NCBI GenBank assembly: GCA_963767115.1
Contig: CAVYCR010000003.1
Coordinates: forward strand, 175,377-237,224
DNA: 61,848 nucleotides
DNA from: Candidatus Kaiserbacteria bacterium
GTDB lineage: Bacteria > Patescibacteriota > Minisyncoccia > Phycocordibacterales > UBA2100
Reading direction: 5' to 3'
Part shown: in pieces, positions 1-8,985 of the stretch
Layout: every line of letters begins with the position of its first letter
Numbering within the stretch: position 1 is the stretch's first letter
Made by a program: the position numbers and the translations under genes
The notes under the pieces: model-generated
Database searches by the model: none
What the model was told of the DNA's origin: nothing
The model's input: the letters and a program-made list of their open reading frames with translations, nothing else

Positions 1-554
1 ATGAGTGGGCCGATGCAAACGGCGATCTCGGGCCCGTCTATGGCAAACAATGGCGGGCATGGGAAGGAGCTGACGGGAAGGTTTACGACCAGATTGCTTG
101 GCTCCTTGCCGAGATCAAGCGTAATCCCAATTCTCGGCGACTCATCGTATCGGCCTGGAACGTACCTGATGTCGAACGCGCCAAACTACCGCCGTGTCAT
201 TGTCTCTTCCAGTTCTACGTCGCCGATGGACGGCTTTCGTGCCAACTCTACCAACGATCGGCAGATCTTTTCCTCGGCGTGCCGTTCAACATCGCGAGCT
301 ATGCGCTCTTAACACATCTCATTGCACGCGAATGTGGACTTGAAGCTGGCGACTTTGTACACACCTTCGGTGATGTGCATCTCTACAGAAACCACGAGTC
401 GCAGGCGCGCGAACAGCTTTCGCGACAACCGCGGCAGCTGCCAGAATTACGGTTGTCGATGCCCGAAGGCGGATTGTTCGATATTAGATTCGAGGATATT
501 GCCTTCGAGGGTTATAATCCCTGGCCTGTGATCAAGGCTCCCGTCGCAGTCTGA
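1..554 (+). CDS. thyA: Thymidylate synthase ThyA, 5'-truncated at window edge
   Basis: Frame 3 is open from nt 3: [20 protein letters not shown]...[12 protein letters not shown]...[12 protein letters not shown]...[23 protein letters not shown]. This is the canonical ThyA core. ORF-track entry 279..554 is only its Met-initiated tail. Confidence 0.95.
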   Translation, partial: EWADANGDLGPVYGKQWRAWEGADGKVYDQIAWLLAEIKRNPNSRRLIVSAWNVPDVERAKLPPCHCLFQFYVADGRLSCQLYQRSADLFLGVPFNIASYALLTHLIARECGLEAGDFVHTFGDVHLYRNHESQAREQLSRQPRQLPELRLSMPEGGLFDIRFEDIAFEGYNPWPVIKAPVAV

Positions 555-564
555 GCACTTCGAG

Positions 565-598
565 ACCCCGAGTCAAAACGACTCGGGGTTTCCTTTTT
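565..598 (+). terminator. Intrinsic terminator after thyA
   Basis: ACCCCGAGT (565-573) pairs with ACTCGGGGT (581-589), followed by TTCCTTTTT. Confidence 0.7.
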
Positions 599-645
599 GG
601 CCAAAATTCTGTACTGTATCGCGGGAACATTCACAGGAGTGGATC

Positions 646-1743
646 ATGAGCAGGACAGGAGTACTACCTTCGCAAACCTTGCGTCATCTTATAGAGATCG
701 GCGTGATTAACGACATCGACCCGATGCAGCACGTAAAACCAGCTTCGATCGACCTGCCGTTGACGGAAATAGCGTTTCGCCTCGACCGTACCTTCCAACT
801 CCGGGAGGGAGAAAAGGTGCGCGCCGCGATCGAGCGCTGTAACGGACGGCCGCATGATCTGCGGCATCCATTGGAACTCAATATTCCGTACGTGATCAAA
901 GTCGCCGGTACACACCATCTGCTTCCAAACATGTATGGGTATATCAACCCGAAGTCTTCGGTCGGCAGGCTCAATTTGTTTTGCCGCGTGGTCGCTGATG
1001 GCGTCGAAATGTACGACGCACTTACGCCGGAAGGCTGGAACGGCGAGATATGGGTGCTCGCAAAGGCGCGAAGCTTCCCGATCCTACTATCGCCCGGTCA
1101 AGCATTGTCACAACTCCGTCTCTTCGATGGAAAGACGTTTCTCGACCAGACTGACATGAATATCGCCATTCGCGAGTACGGTCTCATCTTCGACAAAAAA
1201 GGCGATCGTATACCCGTTCGACAACATGCGGGATCGTTGTTGCTAACCCTCCACGTAGAAGAAGGGGCGACAGGCTGGGAATGCAGAGGAGCGCACAAAG
1301 TCCTCGACTATGGGAAGTTCGGTAGCAGAGGACACTATGACGCGGAAGATTTTTTCGAGCCCGTCAAGGTCCGCGATGGATGGTTTGAGGCACGCGAGGG
1401 ATGCTTTTACATCCTTACGACGCGCGAATGGTGTGTAGTGCCACCGGACTTCTCGGCGGAACTGCGACCTATCGATCCTCGCATCGGGGACCTGCGCAAT
1501 CATGCTGCAGGGTTTATCGATCCTGGTTGGGGTTGGGGGAAGCAAGGAGAAGGCCGCGGACGTCCTATAACGCTCGAGGTGACACCTTTCGAAGGTTGTG
1601 AATTCTTCAATGGTCGAATCATCGCGCGCATGCGTTATGAGCATATGCGCGAGACTCCGGATACGCTTTATGACGACGCGGGTTCGAATTATACGGCTCA
1701 AGACGGTCCTCAATTGAGCAAGCACTTCATCAAGCCGGACTGA
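646..1743 (+). CDS. dcd: 2'-deoxycytidine 5'-triphosphate deaminase, long (~365 aa) DCD-family form
   Basis: 365 aa. The N-terminus (GVLPSQTLRHLIE...PASIDLPL), NPKSSVGRLNLFCRVV, FYILTTRE...VPPDFSAEL, HAAGFIDPGWG and the C-terminal SNYTAQDGPQLSKHF match my recollection of the long alphaproteobacterial-type DCD family. It lies between thyA and tmk. Confidence 0.8.
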   Translation: MSRTGVLPSQTLRHLIEIGVINDIDPMQHVKPASIDLPLTEIAFRLDRTFQLREGEKVRAAIERCNGRPHDLRHPLELNIPYVIKVAGTHHLLPNMYGYINPKSSVGRLNLFCRVVADGVEMYDALTPEGWNGEIWVLAKARSFPILLSPGQALSQLRLFDGKTFLDQTDMNIAIREYGLIFDKKGDRIPVRQHAGSLLLTLHVEEGATGWECRGAHKVLDYGKFGSRGHYDAEDFFEPVKVRDGWFEAREGCFYILTTREWCVVPPDFSAELRPIDPRIGDLRNHAAGFIDPGWGWGKQGEGRGRPITLEVTPFEGCEFFNGRIIARMRYEHMRETPDTLYDDAGSNYTAQDGPQLSKHFIKPD

Positions 1744-1747
1744 CACC

Positions 1748-1781
1748 ACCGCGGGCGAACATTTCGCCCGCGGTTTTCTTT
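1748..1781 (+). terminator. Intrinsic terminator after dcd
   Basis: ACCGCGGGCGAA / TTCGCCCGCGGT 12-bp stem with a short loop, then TTTCTTT. Confidence 0.7.
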
Positions 1782-1842
1782 ACAATCAAGCATAATTGAG
1801 AGAATATATGATCGGACATTGGACTCGTGAAGGAGACGCTTG

Positions 1843-2466
1843 ATGCGAGGCACGTGGCTCGTACTCGATGGCGGTGAAGGTGCAGGCAAAAGTACTGTCT
1901 GCAGACGCGCAAAAGTAATTCTAGAAGGATCAGGAAGGTATGTGATTAGTACGCGGGAACCTGGTGGTTCGCCATTTGCGGAGAAGATTCGGACGCTAAT
2001 ACTCTCGAACGACGCGGCGCACGCCGACGCAGAGACGCTCTTCGGGCTCTTCTGGTCAGCGCGACGCGATCATCTTGTTACTACGATCAAGCCCGCATTC
2101 GAAAACGGAGCACTAGTGCTTTGCGATCGCTTCGATTCATCAACGTTTGCGTATCAGATTGCCGCACAAGAACAACGCCAACTCACTGATCTTTTTTGGA
2201 GAATGCGAACGCATTATCTTGGTGATATATCGCCAGATTTGTACGTCATTTTCGACATTGATCCTCGTATAGGATTGTCGCGTGTTGAAAGACGAAAGGC
2301 CGATGAGAGGAACCATTTGGACGCGCGTGATCTGGATTTCCATAATCGCGTCCGTGCTGGCTTTCTTGAATTTGCCGGATCGGTCATTCACACAGTCATT
2401 GACGCGAGCAAGGGTCACGAGGAGGTGCTCGCTGACTTTATGAAAATCAATATACTCGGGAGATAG
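1843..2466 (+). CDS. tmk: Thymidylate kinase
   Basis: LVLDGGEGAGKST P-loop, REPGGSPFAEKIR, DRFDSSTFAYQ. ATG 1843 lies 7 nt after AGGAG (1831-1835). The ORF track starts 3 nt earlier at TTG. Confidence 0.93.
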   Translation: MRGTWLVLDGGEGAGKSTVCRRAKVILEGSGRYVISTREPGGSPFAEKIRTLILSNDAAHADAETLFGLFWSARRDHLVTTIKPAFENGALVLCDRFDSSTFAYQIAAQEQRQLTDLFWRMRTHYLGDISPDLYVIFDIDPRIGLSRVERRKADERNHLDARDLDFHNRVRAGFLEFAGSVIHTVIDASKGHEEVLADFMKINILGR

Positions 2467-2473
2467 AAAGCCT

Positions 2474-2508
2474 CCGCCTCGAATCACATTCGGGGCGGTT
2501 TTCTTTTT
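2474..2508 (+). terminator. Intrinsic terminator after tmk
   Basis: CCGCCTCGAAT / ATTCGGGGCGG stem (one G-U pair), loop CAC, then TTTTCTTTTT. Confidence 0.65.
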
Positions 2509-2525
2509 GTGATAAAGTGCCCTTC

Positions 2526-3792
2526 ATGGATTACGAGCATATCAGGCGGCAGGACCTCGAGGTATTTACAGCGCTCGAAGGCGAGGAGACGCGCGAGGCG
2601 GAGGGTCTGGAATTGATACCTTCGGAAAACTATGTGTCACGTGCCGTCCGCGAGGCCAATAGCTCGATCTTCACCAACAAATATTCTGAAGGCTATCCGG
2701 GCAAGCGCTACTACGGCGGCCAGATGTTTACCGATCAGGTCGAGACTATTGCAATAGAGCGTGCCAAAGAGCTCTTCGGCGCCAAGTATGCCAATGTGCA
2801 GCCGCATGCGGGAGCAATGGCCAATATCGCGACCTATTTCGCGCTCCTGGAGCCGGCCGACACGATCCTCGGTATGGATCTCTCGCACGGCGGGCATCTC
2901 ACCCATGGTCATCCCGTCACGTACATTTCCAAGATTTTCAATTTCGTCCGTTACAAGATGAGCGACGTCGAGACTGGTGCGATCGATTACGATGCAATGC
3001 GTGCGACTGCTCGCGAAGTAAAGCCAAAGATTTTGTTGGCCGGATTCTCAGCGTATCCGCGCGAGCTCGATTATCAAAAGATTGCTGACATCGCGCACGA
3101 GATCGGCGCGGTCGCCGTGATGGATGCGGCTCACATCGCCGGCTTGATCGCCGGCAAGGCGTCGAAGAATCCATTTGATTACGGATTCGACGTGATGACC
3201 ACGACCACGCACAAGACGCTGCGCGGTCCGCGCGGCGGCATGAGCCTTGTGCGCGAGAGCGAGGAGCTTGCCAAGAAGATTGACAAGGCGGTCTTCCCCG
3301 GCCTGCAAGGCGGCCCCTTGATGAACACCATCGCGGCAAAAGCAGTGTGCTTCGGCGAGGCATTGCATCCGTCGTTTCAAACGTATGCGGCACAGGTCCT
3401 CAAGAACGCGAAAGCAATGGAAGCAGTCTTTCATAGAGAAGACGTGCGTATGATCACCGGCGGCACCGACAACCACCTTCTGCTCGTCGACGTCTTTGCA
3501 AGCTTCGGTATCGGCGGCAAGGAAGCCGAGACGGTGCTCAATGATGTGGGTATTACGCTCAACAAAAACGTCATCGCCGACGATGCGCGGCCGCCTGTCG
3601 ATCCTTCCGGCATCCGCTTCGGCACGCCCGCGGTAACGACACGCGGATTTACGGAGAAAGAATCAGCACGCGTCGCCGAGCTCATGATCGAAGTGCTTCG
3701 CAATCACGCACGATCCCGAAAAGCATCGCGATGCACGGGACGAAGTTCGAGATCTCGCACAACGCTTCCCGATCCTGGAATCATTCGTATAA
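2526..3792 (+). CDS. glyA: Serine hydroxymethyltransferase with an apparent 1-nt frameshift near 3708-3711
   Basis: LELIPSENYVS, YSEGYPGKRYYGG, TTTTHKTLRGPRGG. After ...EVLRNH the listed frame gives a nonsense tail (ARSRKASRCTGRSS...). The +1 frame instead reads DPEKHRDARDEVRDLAQRFPILESFV and stops at TAA 3790-3792, a typical GlyA C-terminus. Confidence 0.9.
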
Positions 3793-3820
3793 AATGTTTC
3801 TCAGGGTATAATTGATCGCT

Positions 3821-4432
3821 ATGCACGCACTCGCGCCGCAGTTCGGACTCATACACCTTGTAACGGCAGTCGGTTATCCGGGCTTATTTATAGCCATATT
3901 TCTGGAGAGTGGCGTCTTCTTCGGTTTCTTCCTACCCGGCTCTTCGATGCTCTTTACCGCGGGCATACTCGCCTCGACGGGGCTTTTCGACGTCTGGATA
4001 CTTATCCCTTTGATGGCGCTCGCGGCAGCGCTCGGCGACAGCGCTGGATATTGGTTCGGCCATCAAGTCGGCGTATCTTTTTTCTTCCGCAAGGATTCGC
4101 GCTTCTTCAAGCACGAATATCTCGAGCGCGCCAAGGATTTTTATGACCGTCATGGCGTGCTTGCAGTGATCCTCGCGCGTTTCGTCCCCGTAATACGCAC
4201 CTTCGCGCCAATCATAGCGGGCATCGTCGCCATGCGCTACCGACTCTTTCTTGCTTATAACATCGCCGGAGCGCTGCTCTGGGCGGCGGGCATCACCTTC
4301 CTCGGCTACTATCTCGGGCGCAAGCTCCCCTTCATCGACCATTACATCACGCCTATAGTCATCATTGTGATCATCATAAGCATGGTGCCGCTCGTGTGGG
4401 AGTTGCGGAAACCAAAAAGTGAACGCGCGTAG
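3821..4432 (+). CDS. DedA/SNARE-associated family membrane protein
   Basis: FLESGVFFGFFLPGSSMLFTAG, GDSAGYWFG, ARFVPVIRTFAPIIAG motifs and multiple TM segments. ATG 3821 is preferred over TTG 3812. Confidence 0.85.
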   Translation: MHALAPQFGLIHLVTAVGYPGLFIAIFLESGVFFGFFLPGSSMLFTAGILASTGLFDVWILIPLMALAAALGDSAGYWFGHQVGVSFFFRKDSRFFKHEYLERAKDFYDRHGVLAVILARFVPVIRTFAPIIAGIVAMRYRLFLAYNIAGALLWAAGITFLGYYLGRKLPFIDHYITPIVIIVIIISMVPLVWELRKPKSERA

Positions 4433-4595
4433 CGCCGCCCCAGCCATAAGGTTTTGCGAACCTCGCGCAGCAGATAGAACATTCCCACGTCATACAGTAG
4501 TGGAAAACAAACCGCCTTCACGGCGGTTTGTTTTGAGGGTCGTCACATGACTAATTGCGGTATGTTCGCAAAACCTTATGGCTGGGGCGGCGCTA
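4430..4595. repeat. 166-bp element closed by a perfect 32-bp inverted repeat
   Basis: TAGCGCCGCCCCAGCCATAAGGTTTTGCGAAC (4430-4461) is the exact reverse complement of 4564-4595. The left arm contains the DedA stop codon. It lies between convergent genes. Confidence 0.9.
4504..4534. terminator. Bidirectional intrinsic terminator nested inside the 4430-4595 element
   Basis: AAAACAAACCGCC - TTCAC - GGCGGTTTGTTTT: a 13-bp stem with an A-tract and a T-tract on either side. Confidence 0.75.
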
Positions 4596-4602
4596 CTTAC
4601 TA

Positions 4603-5421
4603 CTACTGTTTTTGACTAAGTCGAGCGATACCGCCGTACAACCCCCCTTCGTCATGGAGCGATGAATGCGCAATCTCGGGCGGCTCAGGGAATTTCTTGA
4701 GAAGCTCTGCAAGATGCGTACGTACGAGGTCGACAGAGATACCTATCTCGTTAAACATCGAACCGCCGAGCACGATGCGCTGCGGTGACCAATGCAATAT
4801 CGTGTTGTGGAGACCGAGTGCGGTAATCTTCGCGAGCTCTTCCCAAACCACCGAGCCCTTCTCGATCTCATACGGCTTCTTGCCGTATTGCGTCTCGACG
4901 GCAGAGCCCGATACGAGATCTTCCAGATCGACAAGGTCGTGGTCGGTCGAGAGATACTGGCCGCCGATCTCGAAGCCGTACGTCGACGTGTCGATCTTCC
5001 CTTCGACGATGCGCACGCCGTTCACACCCGTCGAGACAGTCATGTACGCAACGATCGAGGCGTCTTTGCCGGCGCCATAATGCGCTTCGCCAAGGCCGAC
5101 GAGCGCCGTGTCGTTTTCAATGACGACAGTGGTCTGGAGTGCCGCTTCGATATCGGCGGCAAGATCGTGCGACACCCATTGCGCCAGATGCTGCGACCTC
5201 ATGATCGTACGGCTGCCGCTCTTGAACACGCCGGGGAAACCGATCGCAATGCTCTCAGGCCGGTCGCTCCCGCACAGTGCGCGGGCTGCCGCGACAAATT
5301 GCTCGACACCCTTCTGATACTCCTGCGGCGTCGCCATGATCGACGGTTCGCCAAACGTCTTCAAATCATCGCTTCGCGCGATGCGCATCTTGGTACCTCC
5401 GATGTCTGCGACGATATGCAT
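4603..5421 (-). CDS. ROK-family sugar kinase (glucokinase-like)
   Basis: MHIVADIGGTKMRIA N-terminal ATP motif and ENDTALVGLGEAHYGAG. Confidence 0.85.
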   Translation of the reverse strand: MHIVADIGGTKMRIARSDDLKTFGEPSIMATPQEYQKGVEQFVAAARALCGSDRPESIAIGFPGVFKSGSRTIMRSQHLAQWVSHDLAADIEAALQTTVVIENDTALVGLGEAHYGAGKDASIVAYMTVSTGVNGVRIVEGKIDTSTYGFEIGGQYLSTDHDLVDLEDLVSGSAVETQYGKKPYEIEKGSVVWEELAKITALGLHNTILHWSPQRIVLGGSMFNEIGISVDLVRTHLAELLKKFPEPPEIAHSSLHDEGGLYGGIARLSQKQ

Positions 5422-5446
5422 ATAATGAGCTGGTAGCTTGTAGTGA

Positions 5447-6028
5447 CTAGCTTGTAGGAAATACGGGGATTCCGTTAAAATCCTTCGTGCTGATTTCTTT
5501 GTAACGAGGGTTGGGGACGAGAGCCGGCGCGCCGTCTTTCTCTACGCAATAATATGCGAATCCGTGCATTTCTTTCACTTTCGAATAATCCGCATGCCCG
5601 GGCATCGATGCCGAATCATTTACGCCTTCGACCGGAGAGTCGTCTACCATGACGAGCCAAGTAGTGCCCGTATTGATCATTAAATGCCCGTAACCCGGCG
5701 GCATATACACGCTATCCCCCGCCTTCACTCGTATCGCTTTGAATTCTTCGACGACGTCTGCCTGCGTAGGGTCGGCAAGCTTCTGCTGCAGTACCACACC
5801 AACGCCTGCGGCAAACCAGTACGTCTCGTCGAGGTTGCCGATGTGATAATGGCCGTACGTCTTGATATATTCGCCGCCTACGGTACCCGTCTCGAGCACT
5901 GTGACGTTGCGCTTGTCTTTGCCGCCGCGGATCATGTAATAGTGGATCGCCGGCCCTGAGGCCTCCGGATCCATCAAGACCTCGCGCATGTTTTCGTGAG
6001 TTCGTGCCGCGTACGGTTCAAATGCCAT
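5447..6028 (-). CDS. Cupin-type (archaeal-type) glucose-6-phosphate isomerase
   Basis: TYGHYHIGNLDETYW and YMPPGYGHLMINTG fit the cupin-PGI metal-binding signatures. About 190 aa. Confidence 0.75.
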   Translation of the reverse strand: MAFEPYAARTHENMREVLMDPEASGPAIHYYMIRGGKDKRNVTVLETGTVGGEYIKTYGHYHIGNLDETYWFAAGVGVVLQQKLADPTQADVVEEFKAIRVKAGDSVYMPPGYGHLMINTGTTWLVMVDDSPVEGVNDSASMPGHADYSKVKEMHGFAYYCVEKDGAPALVPNPRYKEISTKDFNGIPVFPTS

Positions 6029-6048
6029 ATGGGTGGATTATACCACTC

Positions 6049-8031
6049 TCATGAAGGATCCTTTTTCTCGGCGCCAAGCTCGCGCATCTTTTCGAGATAT
6101 TTCAAAACGCCGCTCACATACCCTGCGTGCGTCCAGGTAAGCGGCGTCGCACCCACCTGCATGCCATCATTGGGATTGACCTGCTCGGAGAGCGCTCCTG
6201 AGGGCTGCGCGTGCCGCGCGACCCAGGAAAATATTTCCCGGACACGGTCGAGGTCGGCCTTGGTCTTCGCCTTCGCCGTGAGATATTCGCCGTACCAGAG
6301 CGTGGTAATGACCCAGGGGTTGCCCGTCGCAGGGCTCTCAATGCGAAAATAATCGTCGTTCTGAAAACGCGCAATGCCACCAGCGGTGACACCCTGGCTC
6401 AGTTCGCGGACACTCCGCTCCCACGCATGCACAAGTTTCTCATCGCTCGACGGAAGCACTCCGAAAGCAAATACGCCGTAAGCGCTCGAGATGTCGATAG
6501 TCTTGTCGAAGGTCAATGATCCATCGAGACCGCGGTCGATACTGTTAATAAATAGAGAGGCCTTCTCATCCCACAGATATTTGAGTATTCCTTCGCGGAT
6601 CTCACCGGCCACATGCCGATACCGCGTCTCATGCTTGTGCTTGCCGAGTATGCTGGAAAGATCGGCGGCAGCTATCAAAGCGCCATACACCGCGCACGCC
6701 GTATAGGTAAAGGTACCGCGCTTGCGCTCCCACAAATCGTACGAGGCTTTTGGCAGCTTGGTTTCCGGATCACGGTACGCGATCATGAAATCCGCCGCCT
6801 TTTCTACGAGCACGCCGAAGACGCTCTCGATGAACTCTAGGTCACGGCTCTTGATGTAGTGTTCGCACAGCGCTATCACGACGATCGCGGTCTCGTCTTC
6901 CTGTATCGGCAGCTGCGGCATGCCATCCTTGATCCACGGGTGCCATGAGGAGCCGAAGGATTTGTCAGGGAGAAACTTATGCAAGTAATATCCTTCGGGC
7001 GAGATCGTGCTACGGCAAAACTCGAAGAACCGGCGCGCGACGTTGGTATCGCCCGCACTATTGAGCGCAAGCGCAGTGTATGCCGCATCGCGCGGCCAGA
7101 CGTAGCAATACGTGTCGTAGCCGTATTGCAACATATCGGAGTCAACCGAGGCGACGATACCGCCGTCGACATCGACCGCGGCGCGCACATACATAAGCGA
7201 GCGCTTGAAAAGCGCGATGTGTTCGCTCGTAAGGTCCATGAAATTCCACGGGTATGCGTTGAGCCATGCGCGCCAGAAGTCGCTCGCCGTGCGCAAGAGG
7301 TGCGCAGGCGTCTTCTTGAGCACGTATGCGTTGAGCGCATGAGCATCGTCGATCGACTGCGCGGCGGCGAGCCAATACCACGCTTCGTGCGATTGTCCGG
7401 GCGCATAAGATGCATAGAGGCCGATCACAGAATCGGCAGGTCCGTGCTCGATGGGGTTTTTGCTCAGCACCCCATCGTCGGCATCACGATGTGTCCCCTC
7501 TTGGCCGTTGAAGCCCGTGCGTCCCGTCGCATAATCGTCGAAGGGCCTACCATCGAGCGTCGCCGAGATGAGGAATACTCGATGACCCTTGTAGTGAATG
7601 ATCGAGTGCGATGCCGGATCGAAGAAGGCCGTGTCGCCGCCGTGCGCCTTGTAGATCTCGAATTGATGGCCGAAATACAGCTTGATCTCACGCTCCTGAT
7701 CGGACTTATTGGTGACAGTGACCTTGCGCACGAAGACCGGGCGCTCGTTATAGACGATGTCGCTGAATGAGAGCTCGACGCGCAGTCGAGAGTTCTTGGC
7801 AGTGATGGCGCTTGCAAGCGCCTCCGCTTCGCATGAGACGGAGATCTCCCACGAAGGATCGCTTTCGAGCCAGCTGATCTGCCCGTCGACCCACACGCCG
7901 ACCCTGTGCACATAATGCCCGCGCACATGATCTTCGGAGCCGACATGTGGATAATACAAGTCACGCACCTCCCCATAGCGATCAAGCGCCACGGCAAGTT
8001 CCCCATTCGAAAGAACGATCGAGCGGGACAT
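6049..8031 (-). CDS. Glycoside hydrolase family 15 (glucoamylase/glucodextranase-like)
   Basis: WPRDAAYTALAL, EDETAIVVIAL and DLWERKRGTFTYTACAVYGAL are GH15 catalytic-domain style. Start moved to ATG 8031 (MSRSIVLSNGELAV...) because the listed N-terminal extension runs through a REP palindrome. Confidence 0.85.
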   Translation of the reverse strand: MSRSIVLSNGELAVALDRYGEVRDLYYPHVGSEDHVRGHYVHRVGVWVDGQISWLESDPSWEISVSCEAEALASAITAKNSRLRVELSFSDIVYNERPVFVRKVTVTNKSDQEREIKLYFGHQFEIYKAHGGDTAFFDPASHSIIHYKGHRVFLISATLDGRPFDDYATGRTGFNGQEGTHRDADDGVLSKNPIEHGPADSVIGLYASYAPGQSHEAWYWLAAAQSIDDAHALNAYVLKKTPAHLLRTASDFWRAWLNAYPWNFMDLTSEHIALFKRSLMYVRAAVDVDGGIVASVDSDMLQYGYDTYCYVWPRDAAYTALALNSAGDTNVARRFFEFCRSTISPEGYYLHKFLPDKSFGSSWHPWIKDGMPQLPIQEDETAIVVIALCEHYIKSRDLEFIESVFGVLVEKAADFMIAYRDPETKLPKASYDLWERKRGTFTYTACAVYGALIAAADLSSILGKHKHETRYRHVAGEIREGILKYLWDEKASLFINSIDRGLDGSLTFDKTIDISSAYGVFAFGVLPSSDEKLVHAWERSVRELSQGVTAGGIARFQNDDYFRIESPATGNPWVITTLWYGEYLTAKAKTKADLDRVREIFSWVARHAQPSGALSEQVNPNDGMQVGATPLTWTHAGYVSGVLKYLEKMRELGAEKKDPS

Positions 8032-8079
8032 AGATGGAGTAATTATACACGTAAAAAGATCGACCCTGAGACAAACCTT

Positions 8080-8201
8080 GAGAAAAACAGTTTCTCTCAT
8101 ATAGATGTGGGTAAAAGTCCAACTCTCCAAGAATTGTGCGGTGTATACTTATTCATATGAACGCATCGGGGTCGCGTTGCGTGAGAGAAACTGTTTCTCT
8201 C
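8080..8201. repeat. Two REP-like palindromes upstream of the RAYT gene
   Basis: GAGAAAAACAGTTTCTCTC (8080-8098) and GAGAGAAACTGTTTCTCTC (8183-8201). The central base is A in one and T in the other, so the two copies are in opposite orientation. Confidence 0.85.
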
Positions 8202-8203
8202 AT

Positions 8204-8911
8204 ATGAGAATCCAACCTTACGGCATTGGTTCTGTTTTGCATATCGTCAAGCGCGGTGCGCGCGGGATGGAAATCGTGCGCGATGAAGCCGACCGAAGAA
8301 GATTCATGAATGCGCTGTATATACTGAACGAGGAATTCAGGAGCGACAATTGGGAGCGGGAAATTTCTTCAATCCCTATCGGTGCTCGCCCTGCATATTG
8401 GCCGGAGCGCAAACCACTTACTGACGTGCTCGGATGGACACTTCTTCCGAATCATCTCCACCTCCTACTTCGAGTCCGTGAAGAGCAGGAAAAAGGCGTG
8501 ACGGAATTCATGCAAAAGCTGTTTCGAAGCATGACAGGAAACTTCAATGAAAAATATGGCGAGCGCGGCAGTATATTCCAAGGACCCTACAAAAGCAGGA
8601 CGGTTGATACGGATGAGTATCTGCGATACGTCGTTCCCTATGTGATGGTTAAGAACGCGTTCGAGATGTATCCCAGTGGCCGAGAGAAGGCTCTCGAGGA
8701 TTTCGATGAGGCATGGGAATGGGCTGCGCAATACCCGTATACAAGCCTAAGTCACTATATGAGAGAAACAGTTTCTCACATTATACCCACGCCGAATGTA
8801 ATCCATGAATTATTTCCTACCCAAAAGGACTTCAGGCAGGCCTCACTAGATATGCTTGAAGCGTATATGGAAAAGCGCGATGACTTGCGCTATCTGCAAT
8901 TAGAAGATTGA
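8204..8911 (+). CDS. REP-associated tyrosine transposase (RAYT, IS200/IS605-like Y1 HUH transposase)
   Basis: HUH motif LLPNHLHLLLRV and catalytic-Tyr region IFQGPYKSRTV. About 235 aa from ATG 8204. Flanked by cognate palindromes. Confidence 0.85.
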   Translation: MRIQPYGIGSVLHIVKRGARGMEIVRDEADRRRFMNALYILNEEFRSDNWEREISSIPIGARPAYWPERKPLTDVLGWTLLPNHLHLLLRVREEQEKGVTEFMQKLFRSMTGNFNEKYGERGSIFQGPYKSRTVDTDEYLRYVVPYVMVKNAFEMYPSGREKALEDFDEAWEWAAQYPYTSLSHYMRETVSHIIPTPNVIHELFPTQKDFRQASLDMLEAYMEKRDDLRYLQLED

Positions 8912-8929
8912 GAGAAACAGTTTCTCTCA
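8761..8929. repeat. Two further copies of the same REP palindrome (one inside the RAYT CDS, one at its stop)
   Basis: GAGAGAAACAGTTTCTCAC (8761-8779, inside the CDS) and GAGAGAAACAGTTTCTCTC (8911-8929, starting at the last base of the TGA stop 8909-8911). Confidence 0.85.
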
Positions 8930-8985
8930 TTTCAATGATTACATCATCTATATTGCGACAGGTCAATATTTATTTATTTTGTGGC

